Shown: positions 17,563 to 23,704, numbered from the stretch's first letter. The stretch is 32,000 nt of DNA from Thermodesulfobacteriota bacterium (GCA_026625185.1 CP113000.1:1845622-1877621), one strand, 5' to 3'. The notes: generated by a model from the letters alone, not told the origin. Made by a program: numbers and translations.

Positions 17563-19921
17563 GGGCTAAAAGTGTCAATGATTCTTCCCGAAAAAGGAAA
17601 CGCGGCTTAATGATTCTTATAAAGATGGGTAGCAAAAAGAGAGCGGCCATCATGTTGATAAACAAAAGAGAGCCTAACGCTGCTCCCAGCTTTGCCTGGA
17701 GTTTAATGCCGGAAAAGAGCCAGGAGAGCACTCCGTTGCTGATGATCATGCCGGTGAAAAAAACCGCTTTTCCTGATGTTACGAGCGCTTTTTGTATCGC
17801 TCCTGAAAGGTCAGGGTTACCATGACCTTTCAGGATTTCTTCATGAATACGGGCCGCTATATAAATGCTGTAGTCAATACCTAAACCAATCCCCATGGCT
17901 GCTACCGGTAAGGTCTCAACGGTCAAGGTTACCCCTGAGAGTCCGAATATGCCGAAGGTGAGAATAATGCTGAATATCAGGGGAATAAAAAGGAACAAAC
18001 CGCCAATTAAAGATTGGAGCGCGACCGAAACCCTCAGCAGAACTAAAATGAAGACCAGAATAATATTGGAATACGTTGATTGTTTAATAATGTCATTCAC
18101 TGCTGCAGTGGTTCCGATGAGCCCGCCGGCAAGCTTAAACTCCGCGTTTCCGCTATTATGATTTTTTTTGATCCAGTCTTGCGTGGCAGCGATGGTTTTA
18201 TTGATGGTTGCCGCGCGATGATCTTTCAGGTCGAATTTGATATTGGCGTGCTTATAATCGGGACTCAAAACTGGGTCGAAGTCCCCGGGAAAACCGGAAA
18301 TTGAATAAAGGAATAAATATTCCGCAATCGTTCCGTCATTCTCGGGAATCTTAAAGGAGGCGGGGTTATTATTGTCCATGACGAAGTTAAGGCCCTTGAT
18401 ATAATCGGCTAAGGAAACAGCGCTTCCGATTTCCGGGAATCTGGTAACGAGATGGCGCTGGAGGGAATCCATTTCTTTAAGCACTCTCCAATCCAGCATG
18501 GCTTCATCCTTCTTGCCTTCGACAAAAATGTAATAAGGGTTTGCTCCGGTAAACTTTGCGTTGACAAACTTTTCCGCCATATTATACGGGGAATGAGGAT
18601 AAAGCGTGGCTGAACCTTCTTCGTTATCTCCGACCACGATCTGGGTTATCCCTTTTATTCCCAAAACAGTAAGGATGATAAAGAAGGCTAAAATGACATT
18701 TCTTCCCCAAGCATGTTTCCCGATTCCGGCAATCCGGCTAAGTATCCTGTCCACACTATTGGGCCGTTCCTCCCGCTCCACCTCCCTTTGTACGGGCACC
18801 GGAATATAGGTAAGGATTGCGGGTATAAAGGTAACGACTGTGAGATAGAGGCTGAAGACTCCGGCTCCCGCGGTAATGGCTAAGGTTTTGATCATGACTA
18901 GGGGAACAATCATGAGCGAAAGAAATCCCAAGCCATCAGTAAACAATGAGGCTCTTACGGGGTTTGAAAGCGCGGCCAAAGTATTCTCCGAGGCTTTTAA
19001 CCGGTCATGAGGATTGGCTTTGATTTCTTCATAATAGCGCTTGATGAATTGGATGGCGTGACTTATCCCGATCGCTAAGATGAGGAAAGGGACCAAGGTA
19101 GTCGTTGGGTCCAAATGGAAGCCTGAGAGGCTTAAGATTCCCAGCCCCCAGACCACTCCCATTAATGCCGCGGCAAAAGGAAGCAAAATTCCCCGCTTGG
19201 AACGAAACGCGAAGAACAGAAGAAAAACCATGATAAGGATCGTTCCCAAAAATACCGTCAGCAATTTGGGGAGATAATAATCGAGCCACCCTTCTAAAAT
19301 CGGCCGCCCGGCCAGATAGAATTTGGTCGTGCCGTCTTTTTCCTTCTCAATGATCTGGTTGAGTTGTTGAAATATTTTTTTGGAAGAAACCTCCGGATAA
19401 AAGTCCAAGACAATTTGTGTGGCCGAGAAATCATTGGCCACGATCGGTCCGTAAACCAGGTTATTTCTCATGATGGATTTTTTTAAAAACCCCATCTTTT
19501 CAGGTGTCGTAGGGGCCTCCCGCATCAAATGAGTTACTTTAAAACCTTCCTCCGTGCCTTCAACCCGTTTTATCTTCCGTGCGGATAGCGAAACGATTCT
19601 CCCGATATTAACCCCCTCGAGGTAGTAAAGCTGGTTGGTGATCCGTACCACTTTCTCCAGCAGAGCGGCTTGGAAAATATCACCTTCTTTTGGCTCTAAA
19701 GCAATGGAGACCTGATTAAGGCCGCCAAAAATTTTCATGAGCTGGTTATTAACCTCAACAAAGGGATGCTTTTGAGGAATAAAGTCCTGGACGCTGGTGT
19801 GAATGGTTAAATTTTTCAGGGTATAAAGGAAAAAAGCGGTAACCACTAAAGGGAAAAGGCTGAAAAACAAGCGGTGGCGGAGGACAAAGGTTGCTAATTT
19901 TGAAGAAGAATGATCAGTCAT
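17555..19921 (-). CDS. MMPL/RND-superfamily exporter (HpnN-like lipid transporter type)
   Basis: 788 aa with two blocks of about six TM helices, each preceded by a large soluble loop. The SSD-like block is VPFLILAIGISHAIQFIKRY and the second half has GIGLGIDYSIYIAARI. The start forms an ATGA overlap with the MarR stop. Confidence 0.85.
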   Translation of the reverse strand: MTDHSSSKLATFVLRHRLFFSLFPLVVTAFFLYTLKNLTIHTSVQDFIPQKHPFVEVNNQLMKIFGGLNQVSIALEPKEGDIFQAALLEKVVRITNQLYYLEGVNIGRIVSLSARKIKRVEGTEEGFKVTHLMREAPTTPEKMGFLKKSIMRNNLVYGPIVANDFSATQIVLDFYPEVSSKKIFQQLNQIIEKEKDGTTKFYLAGRPILEGWLDYYLPKLLTVFLGTILIMVFLLFFAFRSKRGILLPFAAALMGVVWGLGILSLSGFHLDPTTTLVPFLILAIGISHAIQFIKRYYEEIKANPHDRLKASENTLAALSNPVRASLFTDGLGFLSLMIVPLVMIKTLAITAGAGVFSLYLTVVTFIPAILTYIPVPVQREVEREERPNSVDRILSRIAGIGKHAWGRNVILAFFIILTVLGIKGITQIVVGDNEEGSATLYPHSPYNMAEKFVNAKFTGANPYYIFVEGKKDEAMLDWRVLKEMDSLQRHLVTRFPEIGSAVSLADYIKGLNFVMDNNNPASFKIPENDGTIAEYLFLYSISGFPGDFDPVLSPDYKHANIKFDLKDHRAATINKTIAATQDWIKKNHNSGNAEFKLAGGLIGTTAAVNDIIKQSTYSNIILVFILVLLRVSVALQSLIGGLFLFIPLIFSIILTFGIFGLSGVTLTVETLPVAAMGIGLGIDYSIYIAARIHEEILKGHGNPDLSGAIQKALVTSGKAVFFTGMIISNGVLSWLFSGIKLQAKLGAALGSLLFINMMAALFLLPIFIRIIKPRFLFREESLTLLAHG

Positions 19922-20394
19922 AATGCGTTATGCTCCGTGCCTTTTATCGGGGGGAAAGAAGCCATGGCTAAAAGACCGTGGCTGAATTTTTTAAGCAACC
20001 GACTCAATTGGCGCTGTTCTTCAAAATCAAGAATTCCCACAATTTCTTTCCATTTTTTTTGGAAGATGGGGAGAATATCCTTATGAAGTAAAATCCCTTT
20101 TGGAGTGAGTTTTGCTCGAATAATTCTCCGGTCGTCCTTGTCCCGGTCCCGATAAACGAATCCGCTTTTTTCCAAGCGGTCCATGACACCGGTGATGTTT
20201 CCTCCAGTGACCATGAGCCGTTCGCCGATTTCTCCGAGTGTCAACCCCTTGGCCCGGCCCAAACAAACCAAAATGTCGAGCTGGGGCAGGGTAAGGCTTT
20301 CTTTTTTCAAGGTTTTTCGAATCTCATGATAAATTAACTGAAAAGTCATGTTAAGTCTGACCCAGAGAATAGTGGGGCGAAAGGACTCGCTCAT
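19918..20394 (-). CDS. MarR-family transcriptional regulator, first gene of the operon
   Basis: 158 aa. The winged-helix core is LTLPQLDILVCLGRAKGLTLGEIGERLMVTGGNITGVMDRLEKSGFVYRDRDKDDRRIIRAKLTPKG. An alternative start is Met16 at 20349. Confidence 0.85.
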   Translation of the reverse strand: MSESFRPTILWVRLNMTFQLIYHEIRKTLKKESLTLPQLDILVCLGRAKGLTLGEIGERLMVTGGNITGVMDRLEKSGFVYRDRDKDDRRIIRAKLTPKGILLHKDILPIFQKKWKEIVGILDFEEQRQLSRLLKKFSHGLLAMASFPPIKGTEHNAL

Positions 20395-20436
20395 TCCTTA
20401 CCTTATTAAAATTATTAAGATTATTTAGTAGTTAGG

Positions 20437-20458
20437 AATATTTTATGGTTAAAATATT
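20437..20458. promoter_or_regulatory. 22-bp palindrome AATATTTTA-N4-TAAAATATT, candidate MarR operator
   Basis: The 9-bp arms are perfect (20437-20445 and 20450-20458). It lies between the putative -10 and the MarR start codon. The surrounding DNA is AT-rich, so a chance palindrome is possible. Confidence 0.3.
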
Positions 20459-20467
20459 AAGGTGTAA

Positions 20468-20495
20468 AGTTTATCATCCAAATGAGGTATGTCAA
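20468..20495 (-). promoter_or_regulatory. Putative sigma70-type promoter of the 21-gene operon
   Basis: On the minus strand the sequence reads TTGACA (20495-20490), a 16-nt spacer, then TAAACT (20473-20468). It lies about 75 nt upstream of the MarR ATG. Confidence 0.4.
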
Positions 20496-20537
20496 GAAAA
20501 AAATAGTAAAGAAATATGAGGGCAGAAAGGTGTTTTT

Positions 20538-20665
20538 ACCCCGTTAGAAATACCCGCTTGCCCTGTTTGCTCTCAAATATCTAACGGGGTGAAGAAGCAC
20601 GGGGAAAATCCCATTAGAAAATTTTCTAACGGGATGAATGCCGCGTGTAAAATCATTCTAACGTG
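20538..20665. repeat. Cluster of ACCCCGTTAGAA-family motifs in both orientations
   Basis: The copies are ACCCCGTTAGAA at 20538-20549 (+) and TCTAACGGGGT at 20580-20590 (inverted). A near-perfect 24-bp palindrome CCCATTAGAAAATTTTCTAACGGG lies at 20610-20633. A degenerate TTCTAACGTG lies at 20656-20665. The companion CACGGGG lies at 20598-20604. Confidence 0.8.
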
Positions 20666-20715
20666 ATTAATTGACTTTCCTTGCGAATTTATTTAGTAAA
20701 ATTACGGGGGTCCAG

Positions 20716-20738
20716 CATGGTGAGCCTGTCGAACCATG
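20716..20738. repeat. GAGCCTGTCGAA-loop hairpin unit
   Basis: The sequence is CATGGT-GAGCCTGTCGA-ACCATG. The exact reverse complement recurs at 22715-22737. Confidence 0.8.
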
Positions 20739-20853
20739 AACAGACTTGTGACCCAGTCTCATCAGAAAAGAAGCCGCCAAAACGTAATATTCATTGAAAC
20801 TATATAGATATTGAGATATTATCTGCATTGGCCCCACGCAATTTTCAAATGTG

Positions 20854-20998
20854 AATATTGATGAGGTCGTAAAAAGTCAAAATTCGCGGGTTTCGTCATG
20901 CTGAACTTGTCGAAGTATGACGTAATATCAATTAGTTATGTTCACCATTCAACAGGCTCAGGGTGACATCTCCGACTTTTTACGGCTTCATCAATATT
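20854..20998. repeat. 145-bp element bounded by 25-bp terminal inverted repeats (MITE-like or long hairpin)
   Basis: The left arm AATATTGATGAGGTCGTAAAAAGTC (20854-20878) matches the reverse complement of the right arm (20974-20998) at 23 of 25 positions. Each half contains one GAGCCTGTCGAA-type hairpin. They are CGTCAT...ATGACG at 20894-20922 and TCACC...GGTGA at 20942-20966. Confidence 0.65.
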
Positions 20999-21010
20999 TC
21001 CTGACTACAG

Positions 21011-21080
21011 TTGACAAAACTTCGCTTTTATCACTGGTGTCTTATACTGACACTAAAGCGTTGTTTGGGTTTTTGTACGG
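21011..21080 (+). repeat. Copy 1 of a ~60-70-nt direct repeat, upstream of the flavodoxin-like gene
   Basis: The core at 21021-21080 is 57/60 identical to 21723-21782. Both copies are preceded by TTGACAAAA and contain GTGTC-TTATACT-GACAC flanked by CGCTTT...AAAGCG. The copy ends 44 nt before the ATG at 21125. Confidence 0.85.
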
Positions 21081-21124
21081 AAAATATAAATAACGTTAGC
21101 TGAATACATTTTTAGGAGGTTATT

Positions 21125-21709
21125 ATGAAAGTATTAATTGTTTATGCTCATCCCAATCCCCAATCTTTCAATCATGCCATTTTGGAATCTTTTACCAAAG
21201 GTCTTGCGGAAGCGGGACATACTTACGAAGTAGTTGACCTCTATGCCATTAAGTTTAATCCCTGTTTGAGTGGAGAGGATATTGGGATGTTTATGCAAGG
21301 GAAGGTACCTGACGACGTTCGGGACCAGCAGGAAAAAGTTTCGCAGGCGAATGGACTTGTCTTTATTCACCCCGTATGGTGGATTGGCCTACCTGCAATG
21401 CTTAAGGGGTGGTTTGATCGGGTATTTTCCATGGGCTTCGCCTATGGGTACGACGAAAAAACTGGAGACTTCCAAGGCTTACTTAAAAACCAAAAAGCTC
21501 TGATTATTAATACGGCTGCAGCTAATGAAGAGGAAGCTAAAACAATGGGGTGGGCTGATGTCCCTAAAAAAATCGAAGGTGACTTTATGTTGAAATTCAC
21601 CGGGATCGGCAATGTTCAACATGTTCTCTTTTTCAATGTAATCAAGACTGATGACGCAACTCGAAAAAAATACTTAGAAAAAGCCCGGGATCTGGGAAAG
21701 ACCTTTTGA
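21125..21709 (+). CDS. Flavodoxin-like-fold NAD(P)H-dependent (quinone) oxidoreductase (Flavodoxin_2/NQO1/MdaB-like)
   Basis: 194 aa. The N-terminus MKVLIVYAHPNPQSFNHAILESF and the block VFIHPVWWIGLPAMLKGWFDRVF are the family signature. A strong AGGAGG lies 7 nt upstream. Confidence 0.85.
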   Translation: MKVLIVYAHPNPQSFNHAILESFTKGLAEAGHTYEVVDLYAIKFNPCLSGEDIGMFMQGKVPDDVRDQQEKVSQANGLVFIHPVWWIGLPAMLKGWFDRVFSMGFAYGYDEKTGDFQGLLKNQKALIINTAAANEEEAKTMGWADVPKKIEGDFMLKFTGIGNVQHVLFFNVIKTDDATRKKYLEKARDLGKTF

Positions 21710-21782
21710 CAAAAACCAAAAATTCGCTTTTATCACTGGTGTCTTATACTGACACTAAAACGATGTTTGGGTTTTTATACGG
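21706..21782 (+). repeat. Copy 2 of the direct repeat, overlapping the flavodoxin-like stop codon and upstream of the next gene
   Basis: See copy 1. The TTGACA at 21706-21711 contains the TGA stop. Relative to copy 1 there is a 7-nt insertion (ACCAAAA) between TTGACAAAA and the core. The copy ends 36 nt before the ATG at 21819. Confidence 0.85.
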
Positions 21783-21818
21783 GTCAAGAGGAACAGTGTT
21801 GGAACTAAGAGAGAGGAT

Positions 21819-22550
21819 ATGCAAAACAGACCAGTGGAAATGATCGAGTACTACCGACTTTTGCAGGAGGAGATGCTCCACAAGAAAAAAGTGCTTGACG
21901 TTCTAATTGACTCCAAACAGCGCTATACCAAAGGCATCCTCTGCGAAGACGTTGTGCGGCGAATGCTGCGCAACATACTACCCAATGACATAGCTGTGGC
22001 CCAGGGGTTTGTCTACTATTCCGGGAAAAAGAGTCAGCAATGCGACGTGGTGCTTTACAATTCGGCGCGCTACGCACCCTTTCTGTCTGTCAATGATCTT
22101 GTCGTCTTGCCGGTAGAGGCCGTCACTGCTCTCATTGAAATTAAGACTTACCTGAACCAGAACGAACTCCACAAAGCCCTCGATTGTTTCCAAAGCATTG
22201 ACGATATCTGCTTTGAAGCATTGGGACATTTTCCCATCAGGAAGTATGTTCTGGCCTTCAGTTCTATCAGTCTGAAAAGCCTGTTTTGTTCCAGTCAGTT
22301 AACCCCGTTCCCAAGCCAACTCGATGCCATAGGTATTCTTGATAAAGGCTTTATTCTGCAGGAAACTGCTCCCTCTACTAATCCTCAAGCCCATAAATCC
22401 AGTGATGTTCTTTTTTCCCTGGTGGGTCAACTCCTTGGTCAATTCTATTTTTCCACGGGAATGGTGGGCGAGTTAAAAAATCCCTATGAATCCTATTTTG
22501 ACCAAATAAGCAGTGAGAAAATAGAGGTGGAGAAATCGCAGGATGACTAA
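21819..22550 (+). CDS. Hypothetical PD-(D/E)xK nuclease-fold protein (DUF6602-like)
   Basis: 243 aa. The block ...GILCEDVVRRMLRNILPNDIAVAQGFVYYSGKKSQQCDVVLYNS...VEAVTALIEIKTYLN gives a D...E-x-K arrangement (QCDVVLY, then IEIK). It also matches my recollection of the DUF6602 pattern (S-x-Q-x-D-ivIyD ... V-x-a-vIEVKs-L). Confidence 0.5.
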   Translation: MQNRPVEMIEYYRLLQEEMLHKKKVLDVLIDSKQRYTKGILCEDVVRRMLRNILPNDIAVAQGFVYYSGKKSQQCDVVLYNSARYAPFLSVNDLVVLPVEAVTALIEIKTYLNQNELHKALDCFQSIDDICFEALGHFPIRKYVLAFSSISLKSLFCSSQLTPFPSQLDAIGILDKGFILQETAPSTNPQAHKSSDVLFSLVGQLLGQFYFSTGMVGELKNPYESYFDQISSEKIEVEKSQDD

Positions 22551-22600
22551 CGAGCTGTTCGAAAAACATCAGGGTCAGTTTTACACCCCAAGTGAAGTAA

Positions 22601-22612
22601 ACCCCGTTAGAA
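22601..22612 (+). repeat. ACCCCGTTAGAA motif copy
   Basis: Exact 12-mer, 50 nt after the stop of the 21819-22550 gene. Confidence 0.8.
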
Positions 22613-22619
22613 GGATTTC

Positions 22620-22647
22620 ACACGGAGCATTTACTCCGTGTTTTTTT
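22620..22647 (+). terminator. Rho-independent terminator of the 21819-22550 gene
   Basis: The stem is ACACGGAG / CTCCGTGT (8 bp) with loop CATTTA. It is followed by seven T residues (22641-22647). Confidence 0.75.
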
Positions 22648-22714
22648 ACCCTGTTATACACAACGTCATAAGTAATTGCGAATGATTATTATTGCCGAGA
22701 GGAAACACCCAGTA

Positions 22715-22818
22715 CATGGTTCGACAGGCTCACCATGAGCGGTCCCCCGGGCGCTTCGATTCCGTTCGTCCTGAGCCTGTCGAAGGACGAGCGCCACTCA
22801 GCACAGGCTTGTCGAAGG
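22715..22818. repeat. Three GAGCCTGTCGAA-type units
   Basis: The first unit, CATGGT-TCGACAGGCTC-ACCATG at 22715-22737, is the inverted copy of 20716-20738. The second, CGTTCGTCC-TGAGCCTGTCGAA-GGACGAGCG, lies at 22763-22793. The third, a degenerate CAGGCTTGTCGAAGG, lies at 22804-22818. Translated, they give the spurious peptide MVRQAHHERS...VRPEPVEGR...LSKG. Confidence 0.8.
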
Positions 22819-22892
22819 GTACCGTGACGGATGCGCAAATAATTACGTCGTCATGTATAGATATCAAATATCTAACAAGGCAAGCGAGGCAT

Positions 22893-22904
22893 TTCTAACG
22901 GGGT
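22893..22904 (-). repeat. ACCCCGTTAGAA motif copy (inverted), about 60 nt upstream of the transposase gene
   Basis: TTCTAACGGGGT is the exact reverse complement of the 12-mer. It is followed by CACGGGG at 22912-22918, as in the 20580-20604 copy. A degenerate TCTAACAAGG lies at 22871-22880. Confidence 0.8.
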
Positions 22905-22966
22905 AAATCTTCACGGGGTAAACATTTGACAAAATAAAAAGGTAAGAACCAGTAAGGGAGTAGGGG

Positions 22967-23704
22967 ATGTGTAATTCTGATATTCATCGGAGAAAATCAA
23001 TTCGTCTTAAGCATTATGATTATTCGTCAGCCGGGGCGTATTTTGTGACGATATGTGTCCACAATCGAAAAAATTCATTTGGAATAATCAAAAACGGGAA
23101 AATACGTTTGAATAATCTTGGAGAAATTGCCGGAGATGAATGGCAAAAGACGCCAGAAATAAGAAACGATATGAATATTCAATTGGATGAATTCGTCATA
23201 ATGCCGAATCATATGCATGGAATAATAATGATCGGCGCCAATCAACACAATATCTGTAGGGACACGATGCATCGTGTCCTAAATGATGAAACGACAATGT
23301 ATCAGGACGCAAAGCATTGCGTCCCTACGAATCGATTTGGGGGGCAATCAAAAAATTTATCGTCGATTATTCGCGGATATAAATCTGCTGTAACGATGTA
23401 TGCACGTAAACACGGTATAAATTTCAAATGGCAGACTCGTTTCTACGAACACATCGTCCGCAATAAAAAAGAATTAAACCAGATAAGGGAATACATTCAA
23501 AACAATCCCCTGCAATGGCACCTGGATCGGGAAAACCCACTAAGAACAGGAATTGAACCCTTAGAAAATAAAATCTTTGGCAATACGTTAAAGACGGGGA
23601 GTAGGGGCGAAAAATTTTTCGCCCCTACATTTACGCGAAATAAAATTCTTTTATTTTTTCTACAATATAATCTTGCTGCTCAGTGGTTAGCTCAGGATAA
23701 ATAG
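22967..23704 (+). CDS. IS200/IS605-superfamily Y1 (HUH) transposase, REP-associated tyrosine transposase (RAYT)-like
   Basis: 245 aa. The HUH motif lies in FVIMPNHMHGIIMI and the catalytic Tyr region is WQTRFYEHIVRNKKELNQIREYIQNNPLQW. GGGAG lies upstream of the ATG. The last ~25 codons overlap the convergent aminotransferase gene, so the real C-terminus may be functionally irrelevant tail. Confidence 0.8.
   Translation: MCNSDIHRRKSIRLKHYDYSSAGAYFVTICVHNRKNSFGIIKNGKIRLNNLGEIAGDEWQKTPEIRNDMNIQLDEFVIMPNHMHGIIMIGANQHNICRDTMHRVLNDETTMYQDAKHCVPTNRFGGQSKNLSSIIRGYKSAVTMYARKHGINFKWQTRFYEHIVRNKKELNQIREYIQNNPLQWHLDRENPLRTGIEPLENKIFGNTLKTGSRGEKFFAPTFTRNKILLFFLQYNLAAQWLAQDK
23256..23328. repeat. Inverted pair of GTAG-headed palindromes inside the transposase ORF (REP/BIME-like)
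   Basis: The first is GTAG followed by the perfect 20-nt palindrome GGACACGATGCATCGTGTCC (23256-23279). The second is GGACGCAA-AGCA-TTGCGTCC followed by CTAC (23305-23328). The reverse complement of the second reads GTAGGGACGCAA..., so the two units are head-to-head. Confidence 0.7.
23601..23628. repeat. Perfect 28-nt palindrome GTAGGGGCGAAAAATTTTTCGCCCCTAC
   Basis: The arms are 14 + 14 nt with no mismatch. It lies 2 nt from the aminotransferase stop (23631-23633) and inside the 3' tail of the transposase ORF. It has GTAG/CTAC termini like the 23256-23328 units. Confidence 0.85.

Noticed and set aside
20395-20470. A cobalamin or SAM riboswitch in the leader of the operon encoding the B12-rSAM enzyme
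   Set aside because: The leader between the putative -10 and the MarR start is only about 70 nt of AT-rich sequence. It has no B12-box-like or SAM-riboswitch-like conserved core that I can recognise.
20538-20665. Possible CRISPR array formed by the repeated CCCGTTAGAA units
   Set aside because: The units are only about 11-12 nt long. They occur in both orientations with irregular spacing of 6-31 nt, and some form palindromes. No cas genes are present. None of this is CRISPR-like.
21011-21782. Interpretation of the 60-nt direct repeats as integron attC sites
   Set aside because: I could not find the RYYYAAC ... GTTRRRY boundary consensus or a convincing R''-L''/L'-R' pairing. No integrase gene is in the window. 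I kept the repeats as a finding to be tested and make no attC call.
21805-22569. Minus-strand ORFs of 90, 83 and 63 aa
   Set aside because: They are antisense to the PD-(D/E)xK-like gene and have Cys/Arg/Pro-rich composition typical of shadow frames.
22692-22898. A 68-aa ORF reading MPRGNTQYMVRQAHHERSPGRFDSVRPEPVEGRAPLSTGLSKG...
   Set aside because: The peptide is simply the translation of the GAGCCTGTCGAA hairpin repeats. There is no RBS. The same DNA occurs in the opposite orientation elsewhere. I treat it as repeat DNA, not a gene.
22955-23606. The shared 11-mer GGGAGTAGGGG just before the transposase ATG (22955-22965) and again at 23596-23606, as possible element ends
   Set aside because: Both copies are in the same orientation. 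The first doubles as the RBS. By rough expectation, pairs of identical 11-mers are not rare in 32 kb. The evidence for element boundaries is insufficient.
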